A stretch of DNA of 56,655 nt from an uncultured Candidatus Saccharibacteria bacterium (GTDB lineage Bacteria; Patescibacteriota; Saccharimonadia; UBA4664; CAYXHD01). The stretch lies in the NCBI GenBank assembly GCA_964464915.1, contig CAYXHD010000001.1:1-56655 (forward strand). Direction: 5' to 3'. Positions 36,055 through 44,044 of this stretch are shown piece by piece. The notes below the pieces were generated by a model. It did not search any database and was not told where the DNA came from. It saw only the letters and a program-made list of their open reading frames with translations. Made by a program: the position numbers and the translations under genes. Position 1 is the first letter of the stretch. Each line of letters opens with the position of its first letter.

Positions 36055-36056
36055 CC

Positions 36057-36263
36057 ATGTTCTTAATTGTATGCCTAGACAATATGAAGCCATTGGATGA
36101 TGAAATTGAGTCGTTAGAAATGGCACGCGATAAGGCGCTTGAGGCGTGCGAAACTCATTTTGCTGCTATGTTTGAAGTGTACAACGTGGAAAACTCAATA
36201 AGCATGGGTATCGCTTTTGAGGGGCGTTGGTACGTCAACAGTGAGACACTAACCGATGATTAG
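36057..36263 (+). CDS. hypothetical protein (68 aa)
   Basis: Tightly packed ORF. Confidence 0.5.
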   Translation: MFLIVCLDNMKPLDDEIESLEMARDKALEACETHFAAMFEVYNVENSISMGIAFEGRWYVNSETLTDD

Positions 36264-36420
36264 TATCATGCGAATAGTCAGATTAGCGATGTGGATGGTA
36301 ATCTTTACTTCTATCCTCCATATATTGAAACTTTATAATCCTGAACCGATGTACTGTTTTTTGTCTGGTGTGTTTGCAACCTTAATCATGATGGTTAACA
36401 TTCTACTGAGTGATGATTAA
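36256..36420 (+). CDS. small membrane protein (54 aa), below the ORF-track cutoff
   Basis: Fills the 36264..36419 gap. Two hydrophobic segments. Its TAA overlaps the next ATG (TAATG). Confidence 0.4.
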   Translation: MISIMRIVRLAMWMVIFTSILHILKLYNPEPMYCFLSGVFATLIMMVNILLSDD

Positions 36421-36686
36421 TGGAAGCTAAAGCCTGCACGAATCCCGCTTGTACATTGGGCGGGATATCGCAACCACTCGATAACTTCTACCGTCAGCGC
36501 GTAAAAGGTAAGTTATACTATTGTAGTCGCTGTAAAACGTGCATGAACGTCGCTTCGCTGGGTAGGTATCATCGTAATATGCAACGCCCTGAGTACCAAC
36601 AATTGCGGCGTGAAGCCGGGTTACGCAGTTATCAGCAACAAAAACGCAAACGGTTAGACCGGATAATGGAAAGGGTTACATCATGA
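36420..36686 (+). CDS. Cys-rich (zinc-ribbon-like) protein (88 aa)
   Basis: C-x4-C...C-x2-C-x2-C pattern, similar to the N-terminus of 12236..12742. Confidence 0.5.
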   Translation: MEAKACTNPACTLGGISQPLDNFYRQRVKGKLYYCSRCKTCMNVASLGRYHRNMQRPEYQQLRREAGLRSYQQQKRKRLDRIMERVTS

Positions 36687-37333
36687 ATTTACCGACATCG
36701 GTAAACGTAACGGATATTGTGGAGTACGATAGTGGGGATGGTTATAGCGTCCTGACGTTAGATGGGCGCACGGTCGGTTGTCGGGTAACTGAGGTTAGTT
36801 TAGGTCATGCTGAGGCGATTGTGGCTGGTTGGTATATGGCTTACAGCAACCGACAATGGGTAATCGGTGATTTTTTGAATCAGTGCGCCTCACGTTTTGG
36901 TGAGGTGGCATCGCAGATTATCCCATTTGATTCACTCCTGTTACCCAACGCCGCGCAAACGTTAAGCAATTGGGCGAGTGTGGTCAGTCAATATGATTTA
37001 ACCGAACGCTTGCACGCGCTAAGTTTTAGCCATTATGCGGCGGTGGCGTATGTCGAAAAATCCGAACGTGAAAGTTTGCTGCAATGGGCAGTCGAGAATC
37101 AAGCGTCGGTTGCTAAACTCACCGCTGAAAAGAATAACCGCGTGGCGGTTCAGGATGCCTCAAATTTGCAAATTGACGCAGGGCATGTCGAAACATACGC
37201 TATTTTAGAAAATGACCAGCTACAGCAAATTATGATGGGTAATGTACGCGGGTTGTTTTCAATCATCAAGTCATGGCGACAAGCGATACAACCGGGTAAA
37301 AAATATCGGGTTGTGCTGCAAGAGATTGAATAG
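36683..37333 (+). CDS. putative DNA-binding protein (216 aa)
   Basis: W-V-I-G-D-F-L...L-S-F-S-H-Y-A-A-V-A block resembles a widespread phage HTH/ParB-C-like family (from memory). Codons 2-8 carry palindrome copy 36688. Confidence 0.4.
   Translation: MNLPTSVNVTDIVEYDSGDGYSVLTLDGRTVGCRVTEVSLGHAEAIVAGWYMAYSNRQWVIGDFLNQCASRFGEVASQIIPFDSLLLPNAAQTLSNWASVVSQYDLTERLHALSFSHYAAVAYVEKSERESLLQWAVENQASVAKLTAEKNNRVAVQDASNLQIDAGHVETYAILENDQLQQIMMGNVRGLFSIIKSWRQAIQPGKKYRVVLQEIE
36688..36705. repeat. palindrome family copy
   Basis: TTTACCGACATCGGTAAA across codons 2-8 (N-L-P-T-S-V-N) of 36683..37333. Confidence 0.85.
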
Positions 37334-37350
37334 GCCGCAAGGCCACTCGA

Positions 37351-37383
37351 TAAACAAAAACACCTCTCACAATTGAGGGGTGT
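37351..37383 (-). terminator. hairpin with the A tract on its plus-strand 5' side (terminator-like only in the minus orientation)
   Basis: AAACAAAAACACCTCTC-acaatt-GAGGGGTGT. A GGCC-gcaa-GGCC hairpin lies just upstream at 37333..37344. Confidence 0.35.
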
Positions 37384-37424
37384 CTAAGTCAAAATAAGTA
37401 TAACAAAAAAGGAACCAAAGGAAC

Positions 37425-38357
37425 ATGACAAAACAAATTGTATCCCCTGAAATGGAAGTGGCAGCACTTGAGGCGGCGCGTAAATTTTACCTCAAATTGC
37501 ACCCACTGGACAAGCCGGATGACATTCGTAGTTATCCCCCTATCTATTGGTTTTTTATGCTCATTACCATCGCAAGCGCGGCGTTAGCGGCGTTACGCAC
37601 CGGCCCGGTGTTTTACGATAGCGCCCATCAAAATGTGGCGTGGTGGGTAGCGACTATTGAGGCACTTTTGGCGGTGATTGTTATTGACCTTGCCGCCGCT
37701 GGGCTGGCGTATTTGATGGTTAAGGAACGTGCTAGAAAAGGTAAAGCGCACAATCTAGGCCGGGTAATTATGCTCACTTTGATATTCTGTGTGGTAATTC
37801 AGGTCGGGGCTAACCTTTATGCCGTCGCAGGCCCGGTTATTTTGTCTACCAATGAACACAAAACCGCTGAATTGGTTATCTCAATTTTAGTCGGCTTAGC
37901 GGCTCCCATCGTAGCGTTTATTGCGTCCGATGGGTTGAGTGTCATTAACCTCCAACACCATGAACAAATGAAACAACAAGAGTCTGATTACGATCAAAAA
38001 CTACAGGCGTTATTTGAATCATTTGAGGCGTGGTATGATGCTAGAAAACGCAATGAGTGGTTAGCCCGTGTGCAAGTTTCGATGCCAGTAAGTGAGCCGA
38101 TTCGCATTAGCAAGATTGAGTTACCATCAATTCCGGCTCATTCTTCAGTTCATTCAATGCCTTCAAATGAACCTTCAATTGAAACCGGATTGAAGGGGCG
38201 TTATTCACAAGGCGCAACGGAGCGCGTATTTCAATTGTTTCAAGATAATCCAGAGGCGTTATCATGGTCAATTGATGAAATTGCATTGGCTAGTAATGTT
38301 GCCACTGGTACAGCCTCAACAGCCCGTAAAAAATATCGTGAACAACAGAAAGGATAA
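37425..38357 (+). CDS. polytopic membrane protein with soluble C-terminal domain (310 aa)
   Basis: About four hydrophobic helices, then a charged coiled region. Confidence 0.55.
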   Translation: MTKQIVSPEMEVAALEAARKFYLKLHPLDKPDDIRSYPPIYWFFMLITIASAALAALRTGPVFYDSAHQNVAWWVATIEALLAVIVIDLAAAGLAYLMVKERARKGKAHNLGRVIMLTLIFCVVIQVGANLYAVAGPVILSTNEHKTAELVISILVGLAAPIVAFIASDGLSVINLQHHEQMKQQESDYDQKLQALFESFEAWYDARKRNEWLARVQVSMPVSEPIRISKIELPSIPAHSSVHSMPSNEPSIETGLKGRYSQGATERVFQLFQDNPEALSWSIDEIALASNVATGTASTARKKYREQQKG

Positions 38358-38363
38358 TCAACC

Positions 38364-38696
38364 ATGAAATTTATGATTCAACGTGTTAGTGATTATAGTG
38401 GTCAACCATGCAAAGAGGCGGTACAGGAAACGTACACTCACGTTGACGAACGTACCTTTAAAACACCCGACAAGTTACCACGCGGCGCTGAGGATTGGTA
38501 TAGTCAAGGGTCAAATCATCGGGTAGAAAATGGGCATATCAAGCGTGATTTTGTGCGGCAGGCATGGTTTATTGAGATTGCCGATTTAGACCACCTGCTT
38601 AGGTTCCAAGATGAGTTTGGTGATTTGGTGTTGTGTTGGTTTTATGGCAATGAAGATATTCGCATGTTGGAAATTTATGATGGTTATCGGGAGTAA
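38364..38696 (+). CDS. hypothetical protein (110 aa)
   Basis: Tightly packed ORF. Confidence 0.5.
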   Translation: MKFMIQRVSDYSGQPCKEAVQETYTHVDERTFKTPDKLPRGAEDWYSQGSNHRVENGHIKRDFVRQAWFIEIADLDHLLRFQDEFGDLVLCWFYGNEDIRMLEIYDGYRE

Positions 38697-38702
38697 TCAA
38701 CC

Positions 38703-39059
38703 ATGTCTACCCATATCATTACTTGGCAAGCCCCATCGGGTAAAATCGTCACCAGTCGACCGCTAACACCAGCCGCCGCCCGTGCGGAGATTGAGCAGAA
38801 TCAGCAGCACACCCCTGACTGGCGTTACACGGTAGAACCGCCACTACCCGACCTACAGGCGATGCTTGACGCGGCTAACGCTCGGATTGTGGAGCTTGAG
38901 GAAATACTTGCAGAGATTAGAACGCACGATTTAACTTACCATTACTACGAAGCAGATGAAAAGGTGTGCATCTTTTGTGAATCAATGACAAGATTCGAGG
39001 TCCATGATGCTAACTGTATCATGGTACGCCTACTTGACATCCTACCGCAAAAAGCCTAA
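38703..39059 (+). CDS. hypothetical protein (118 aa)
   Basis: Last gene before terminator 39123. Confidence 0.5.
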   Translation: MSTHIITWQAPSGKIVTSRPLTPAAARAEIEQNQQHTPDWRYTVEPPLPDLQAMLDAANARIVELEEILAEIRTHDLTYHYYEADEKVCIFCESMTRFEVHDANCIMVRLLDILPQKA

Positions 39060-39122
39060 CCTATAGGTATCTTATTCGACGCGCTGTGTCTCAGATTGTT
39101 TGTGAATCGTGTAACCCGAAAG

Positions 39123-39150
39123 CACCTGCCCACGTTGGCGGGTGTTTTTG
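39123..39150 (+). terminator. intrinsic terminator of the rightward early operon
   Basis: CACCTGCC-cacgtt-GGCGGGTG followed by TTTTTG. Confidence 0.7.
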
Positions 39151-39153
39151 GTA

Positions 39154-39171
39154 TTTACCGACATCGGTAAA
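39154..39171. repeat. palindrome family copy, intergenic
   Basis: TTTACCGACATCGGTAAA, within 5 nt of the early-right terminator. Confidence 0.85.
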
Positions 39172-39210
39172 ACACAAAATCGCCTGTCGTGAAAATAAGG
39201 CGATTCGTGC

Positions 39211-39242
39211 ATAAAGTGAAAGTTACGGAGTAATCATTATTG
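39211..39242 (+). promoter_or_regulatory. orphan copy of the ATAAAGTGAA leader box with ACGGAG and a TTG codon
   Basis: GCATAAAGTGAAAGTTACGGAGTAATCATTATTG parallels the leaders at 47998, 49139 and 52083. Confidence 0.4.
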
Positions 39243-39259
39243 TACCACAAAAACAAAAA

Positions 39260-39273
39260 GAGGCGTTAGCCTC
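39260..39273. terminator. bidirectional terminator (mainly for the leftward gene 39300..39497)
   Basis: GAGGC-gtta-GCCTC with A tracts on the left and a T tract on the right. Confidence 0.55.
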
Positions 39274-39299
39274 CTTTCCACTTTTTGATTGTCGGTTAA

Positions 39300-39497
39300 T
39301 TATAGGGTGATAATGACCTTGCCGACGACTGTTTGCATCTTGTTTTGGGGAATAACAAAGTCTAGGGTTGCCCACACTTCCATGCTGCTGACGCCGCGAT
39401 TCTTGAGGCTAACTTCGACCGTGTTACCGATTGTCTTGACCACAAAACCGCTGTTGTCTAGGGTGTCGCTGATTAGGGTAGTGAGTTCGTTAGTCAT
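39300..39497 (-). CDS. hypothetical small protein (65 aa)
   Basis: Own consensus promoter, leader box and ACGGAG RBS. Confidence 0.6.
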   Translation of the reverse strand: MTNELTTLISDTLDNSGFVVKTIGNTVEVSLKNRGVSSMEVWATLDFVIPQNKMQTVVGKVIITL

Positions 39498-39537
39498 TGG
39501 GTATCTCCGTTTGGTTGATTACTTCACTTATATATAC

Positions 39538-39566
39538 AGTATACTCTTGTTTACAATTCTTGTCAA
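39538..39566 (-). promoter_or_regulatory. sigma70 consensus promoter with leader box
   Basis: On the minus strand, TTGACA-17-TATACT, then ATAAGTGAAGTA (39520..39531) and ACGGAG. Confidence 0.65.
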
Positions 39567-39679
39567 GCATCATTTTAGGGAATATAGAAAATTGATAAAA
39601 CACACAAAAACACCACCGAATTAAAGTGGTGTTTTTGCCTTGCGGAGCTATTATCTGAGGTCAGTTTTAGTATACCACG

Positions 39680-42157
39680 TTAAGACTTGCGGGTGATACT
39701 TTCAATGTCGGTTAAATGCACATCGGAAGCGTATAACCAAGACGGTTGACCATCGGGATAATCTAAGTCAACAACTTGCACACGATCACCATCGACACCC
39801 ACGACTGAATAAAGATATGGCACGTTGTTATTACCTACGATGTCACCCACCTGATACGGGTTATCATCGGTATTTTTAGGCACATCCCCAGCGGCGTTAG
39901 TATCTGCCCATGCGAATAGGTCATAGGTATTGATGTTCTCAGCGGCCTTGAGGTTGTTTTGGGCTACACGCCAGTATTCGGGTTTGAGTTCAATGCCTAG
40001 AAATTCACGCTGACGTTTGAGGGCTTCATAACCCGTGCTACCAATACCCGCGAACGGGTCAAACACTACCTCACCCACGTTTGACCACAACCGGATACAG
40101 CGTTCAATAAGCCCCAATTGTAATGGGCAAATATGGCGCTCATCTTCTTCCGACCGGGCGACTTTGGCGTTAAGCACATCCGTTTCCTCAATATCGTACC
40201 AAACTGGATGAGCAAAACGAATCCATTCCTCATTGTTGACATCCGGGATAATCGCCACTTCATTTTTACCGGGCTTCTGGAAAATGAGTAGATAATCAGC
40301 AAAACCGGGGCGACTGGCGGCGCTATCCTTGTGGAGTTGTACAAACATCAGCCCCTTCGTTTTTGTGCGGATGGCCTGAATCTGTGGGTTTTTGTCGATG
40401 GTCACTTCACCGTGAAAGATAAAACGTTCTTTGTCAAATTCAGCTTTCATCTGCTCAGGGGTCATATCACGGGTGATACGCGGCTGGGTAAACGCCCGAA
40501 TGACATCGCCGCGAAAGTCTTTGATACCGATATAGCCATCGTTCATTTTAGTCGCTGCGACCTGTTGCACATGAATAACCACATTGCGACCGGGCTTAGT
40601 GATGCGATACAGGCCGTCAATGATAAATTGGAATTGTTGAAAAAATTCCTCATTGTTGCGGCTGTTACCTAAATCACGCTGGGTGGGGGTATAGGTGTAC
40701 AGACTCAGGAATGGCAAACTTGAAACCGTCAGGCTTACGCTGTTTTCTGGAATCTCGCTGATACGTTCGCAGCTATCACCCAGCAGGATTGTCCAGTCCT
40801 TACCCTGTGCGCTATTTTCGGTATATTGCCAGTCTTTGTGTACCATGTTGTGTAATTCCTCCATTTCAAACGTTTTAACGTGATTGATAAGTTCGTTTAA
40901 CATCGTCATGGCCTGATGTTCTTTGTTTTGTACGTTATTCCAAATTTCGTCCTCAATATCTGCCAACACTACATGCACGTTGACGGGATATTGTTGTTTA
41001 AAACGCCAACAGCGGCGGATAGCTTGATAATACTGCTCCCAACTATCATTCATACCCACAAAAGCCATATTATGAGCAAATTGGAAATTCATCCCGAACC
41101 CAAAAATGGAGGGCTTGGTAATTAGAACGCGCGTCTCACCAGCCCGAAAACGGTCGCTAATCGCTAGTTTTTTATCGAGTGCGGTTGCGCCTTCAATCAA
41201 CTCCGCATCAGGGATGAGTTTTAGCAGTTCATGACCCTCATCATTGAGGCCATGCCAAACAATAAACTGCTCAGTCGAGGAGTTGACAATCTCGGCTGTT
41301 TTTATCGCCCGGTCGTGAAGTGTACCTTTACGCACCTTTGAACGGTCAGCGATACCCTTTAACCCGGTGAAAAACATTTGACCATCCGGCACATAGTCCG
41401 AATCGACAAAATGTGTCTGGATGTTGAGGGCGGGTAAATCGTACCCAGCATCATCAAAACCTAAATCCGACGGTTTCAGGATGGATAATGACCACGACGC
41501 CAGCCAACGATAAAACGCCTTAACCGCGTTTTTCTTTAGTCGCCATGTGCCATCCTTCATTTTCATGTCATTCACGAAGAACGCAGCTAACATTTCTAAA
41601 TTAGACAAGTATCCCAAAAATTCGCTATGCCGTCCGATTTCCATCATATCATTGGGAGCCGGGGTTGCGGTGCAGCACAAACGGTAGGGCGTATCCACAA
41701 ACATATCAGTGAGCAGTTTGCGTGTTTTACTGTCAAGCCCTTTTAGGATGCTTGATTCATCCAACACCACCGCGTCAAAATCATCGGGGTTAAAGTGTTT
41801 GACCATCTCATAATTCGTGATGTTGATGCCATCAATGAGGTCACTACCATCGCGGGTGTAGTGAATTGTGAGGCCTAACAAATCGTGCGCCTCTTTAACC
41901 GTTTGATGGGCGACACCAAGTGGGGCGATGATGAGGGTCTTACCAGCGGGGTTAATGAGTCGAGCCCATTCGAGTTGCATGGCAGTTTTACCCAATCCGG
42001 TATGGGCAAAGATAGCCGCCCGCCCTTTGTTGACTGCCCATTTGACAATCCAGCGTTGAAAGTCGAATAGAATCGGGTGTACATCCTCAAGCGTGATTTG
42101 TTTACCCGACGCACGTTCTACAAGCGTCTTTTTGGCTAAAAACTGCTGATAGTCCAT
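39680..42157 (-). CDS. SNF2-type helicase fused to an N6/N4 DNA methyltransferase (825 aa)
   Basis: Helicase motifs HTGLGKT, VLDESS, TATPAPN and QAIRRCWR. Methylase motifs SSLPF and FDPFAGIGSTG. The ATG at 42157 has AAGGTAGGTG upstream. Confidence 0.8.
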   Translation of the reverse strand: MDYQQFLAKKTLVERASGKQITLEDVHPILFDFQRWIVKWAVNKGRAAIFAHTGLGKTAMQLEWARLINPAGKTLIIAPLGVAHQTVKEAHDLLGLTIHYTRDGSDLIDGINITNYEMVKHFNPDDFDAVVLDESSILKGLDSKTRKLLTDMFVDTPYRLCCTATPAPNDMMEIGRHSEFLGYLSNLEMLAAFFVNDMKMKDGTWRLKKNAVKAFYRWLASWSLSILKPSDLGFDDAGYDLPALNIQTHFVDSDYVPDGQMFFTGLKGIADRSKVRKGTLHDRAIKTAEIVNSSTEQFIVWHGLNDEGHELLKLIPDAELIEGATALDKKLAISDRFRAGETRVLITKPSIFGFGMNFQFAHNMAFVGMNDSWEQYYQAIRRCWRFKQQYPVNVHVVLADIEDEIWNNVQNKEHQAMTMLNELINHVKTFEMEELHNMVHKDWQYTENSAQGKDWTILLGDSCERISEIPENSVSLTVSSLPFLSLYTYTPTQRDLGNSRNNEEFFQQFQFIIDGLYRITKPGRNVVIHVQQVAATKMNDGYIGIKDFRGDVIRAFTQPRITRDMTPEQMKAEFDKERFIFHGEVTIDKNPQIQAIRTKTKGLMFVQLHKDSAASRPGFADYLLIFQKPGKNEVAIIPDVNNEEWIRFAHPVWYDIEETDVLNAKVARSEEDERHICPLQLGLIERCIRLWSNVGEVVFDPFAGIGSTGYEALKRQREFLGIELKPEYWRVAQNNLKAAENINTYDLFAWADTNAAGDVPKNTDDNPYQVGDIVGNNNVPYLYSVVGVDGDRVQVVDLDYPDGQPSWLYASDVHLTDIESITRKS

Positions 42158-42197
42158 TGTCACCTACCTTTTTATGATATGATTAGTCTAACGCTAG

Positions 42198-42225
42198 ACG
42201 CCTGCAAGTGAGGCGTTTTTGTTTT
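42198..42225. other. hairpin in the 5' leader of the helicase-methylase mRNA (reads as a terminator on the plus strand)
   Basis: ACGCCT-gcaagtg-AGGCGT followed by TTTTTGTTTTG on the plus strand. Confidence 0.4.
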
Positions 42226-42235
42226 GTTTATACCT

Positions 42236-42264
42236 ATAGTAAACTCAAATGTATAAACTGTCAA
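42236..42264 (-). promoter_or_regulatory. sigma70 consensus-like promoter for the helicase-methylase gene
   Basis: On the minus strand, TTGACA-17-TACTAT. Confidence 0.6.
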
Positions 42265-42268
42265 GCTA

Positions 42269-42296
42269 TTGCAAATGGACAAAATAGCGTTATACT
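42269..42296 (+). promoter_or_regulatory. sigma70-like promoter (rightward), back-to-back with 42236..42264
   Basis: TTGCAA-16-TATACT. Confidence 0.5.
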
Positions 42297-42301
42297 AGAA
42301 A

Positions 42302-42397
42302 TTGTCAGCGGTTAGGTCTCCTGACAAACTGCCATAGTTCCTTCATCGGGTAGCAAGTGGCAGTGATAGAAAAGCAAAAACTCCCTGCGTCGGGAGT
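42302..42397 (+). other. structured 5' leader with three consecutive hairpins
   Basis: TTGTCAG-n12-CTGACAA (42302..42327). ACTGCCA-n23-TGGCAGT (42328..42364). ACTCCC-n6-GGGAGT (42380..42397). Confidence 0.45.
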
Positions 42398-42480
42398 CTC
42401 GGTAGATAACTTTATGGGCTGGCTATCTGTTTTATATTCTACCATACGCAAGCCATAAAGCCTAGTGAAAGGGTGAAATA

Positions 42481-42885
42481 GTGAGCGATATTTTAGGCTT
42501 AGAAAATGCATACTGGCGATTGTGTTATGTGGAATCAAATTTTGCTTGGTTTTCCCCATATGACCCTTGTGTAATTTCAGGGGATGATTGGAATGATGCG
42601 CCATATGAACACAATGCCAGCGAACCATTATGCGCTTATATTGATGGCAAACGGATAAATGTCGAGTTTTATATTGTAGCCTTTCGAGTTGCAATGAATA
42701 CACCGGGGGATCGTTGTTGGGGGAGCAATTCTAAATATTCAGTAGAGGATATAAATTCTAAAAAAATCGCATGGTTATCTAATTCAGACGCCAATAACGA
42801 CATTTGGGCCGGGATAGATTTGACCATTTTTATAGGTAAAATTTTAGATAATGGCGGGGATGTATTTTTACCTTATCTCGGTTAA
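42481..42885 (+). CDS. hypothetical protein (134 aa)
   Basis: GTG start with AAGGGTG upstream. Protein-like composition (DDWNDAPYEHNA block). Confidence 0.55.
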   Translation: MSDILGLENAYWRLCYVESNFAWFSPYDPCVISGDDWNDAPYEHNASEPLCAYIDGKRINVEFYIVAFRVAMNTPGDRCWGSNSKYSVEDINSKKIAWLSNSDANNDIWAGIDLTIFIGKILDNGGDVFLPYLG

Positions 42886-42910
42886 TCGTAGTATAATAAC
42901 CATAGCGCTG

Positions 42911-42942
42911 AAAAACATAAAACCCCCTTGCGACGGGGGGGG
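42911..42942 (-). terminator. hairpin with the A tract on its plus-strand 5' side
   Basis: AAAAACATAAAACCCCC-n9-GGGGGT. Minus-strand reading gives the stem followed by TTTATGTTTTT. Confidence 0.35.
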
Positions 42943-43024
42943 TATGGGCCAGCGAATTGGAAGCGCTTGACAACCAAAGTTTACCATAGTTGGCTATTTT
43001 AAGCCATAAAGGATTTTTAACCCC

Positions 43025-44044
43025 ATGTCACCTGATGAGTACAAAAAACAGTTCCTTGCTTGGGAAGCGACCACACACGATACTATTGACTTCAAAAAAA
43101 TCTATGTAGATATGGCAGGCGATATTCTCGCAGGGCTTATGTTAAGCGAGATTGTCTACTGGTTTTTGCCGAGTAAACGCGGTGAAAACAAATTGCGCGT
43201 GCAAAAAGAAGGTGAGTATTGGTTAGCAGTAAGCCGCGCTGAGTGGTGGGATCGGATTCGATTAACCCCGCGTCAAGCTGATACTGCGATTGCCAAATTA
43301 CTCGGATGTGGGCTGCTCGTTAAAAAAGTATTCAAGTTTGACGGCACACCTACAACCCATGTCAGAATCAATTGGGAGATGTTTCTGCATTACTTTAACT
43401 CGAAATCACAAATCGGTGAAATCACGGAAAACGTAATTTCCATATCACCAAAACTGCAACATCCATTAACAGAGACTACAGCAGAGACTACAAAAGAAAA
43501 ACCTTTATCGCCCGCTACGCAGGACGATGGAGCAGCACCTTTACCGACATCGGTAGTCAGCACACAAGACCCGATTGTAACAGATGATACGGTCACTCCT
43601 GCGAAAGTGAAACCTGCTAAGAAAACATGTCGGTTACTCAAACGTGATGTTGCAAATCAATTGATTCCGGTGCTGTTTAAGTATGGTAAAGGTCGCACAC
43701 TCGAAAGCTATAGCCAACCTGAAGTCGCTACGATTATGCGTAACCAGTTTACGCCTTTGCTGAAAGCCTTACAGCCGCTTGACGATGAACACCCAATTGA
43801 TGCAATGGAACTTGATGCGGCGTTTAGATGGTTCAGAAAGCAGTATAAGGATGCAAGTTACCCTTGCGGCGCTAAGACAGTGGCGACGATGCTTGTCAAC
43901 TATCGCGCTTATAAACGCAGTTTGCAAGTACCGAAGGCGCATCTTGTCACCCCGGCGATTGATAGTCTGCTTGCTCAACCTGCGCCTACCTATGCTGATT
44001 CGGTTGACATTAACGATGTGCGGATTATCGGAGAAACAAAATGA
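43025..44044 (+). CDS. putative replication initiator/organiser (339 aa)
   Basis: N-terminal winged-helix-like block (LSEIVYWF...WLAVSRAEWWDRIRLTPRQADTAIAKL). Lies directly upstream of the primase-helicase. The linker carries palindrome copy 43540. Confidence 0.4.
   Translation: MSPDEYKKQFLAWEATTHDTIDFKKIYVDMAGDILAGLMLSEIVYWFLPSKRGENKLRVQKEGEYWLAVSRAEWWDRIRLTPRQADTAIAKLLGCGLLVKKVFKFDGTPTTHVRINWEMFLHYFNSKSQIGEITENVISISPKLQHPLTETTAETTKEKPLSPATQDDGAAPLPTSVVSTQDPIVTDDTVTPAKVKPAKKTCRLLKRDVANQLIPVLFKYGKGRTLESYSQPEVATIMRNQFTPLLKALQPLDDEHPIDAMELDAAFRWFRKQYKDASYPCGAKTVATMLVNYRAYKRSLQVPKAHLVTPAIDSLLAQPAPTYADSVDINDVRIIGETK
43540..43555. repeat. palindrome family copy
   Basis: TTTACCGACATCGGTA, as L-P-T-S-V in the initiator linker. 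Confidence 0.75.

Noticed and set aside
42305-42703. 132-aa minus-strand ORF
   Set aside because: It spans the structured leader and the 5' part of the plus-strand gene 42481..42885. Its His/Cys/Lys-rich composition is not protein-like, and it has no RBS.
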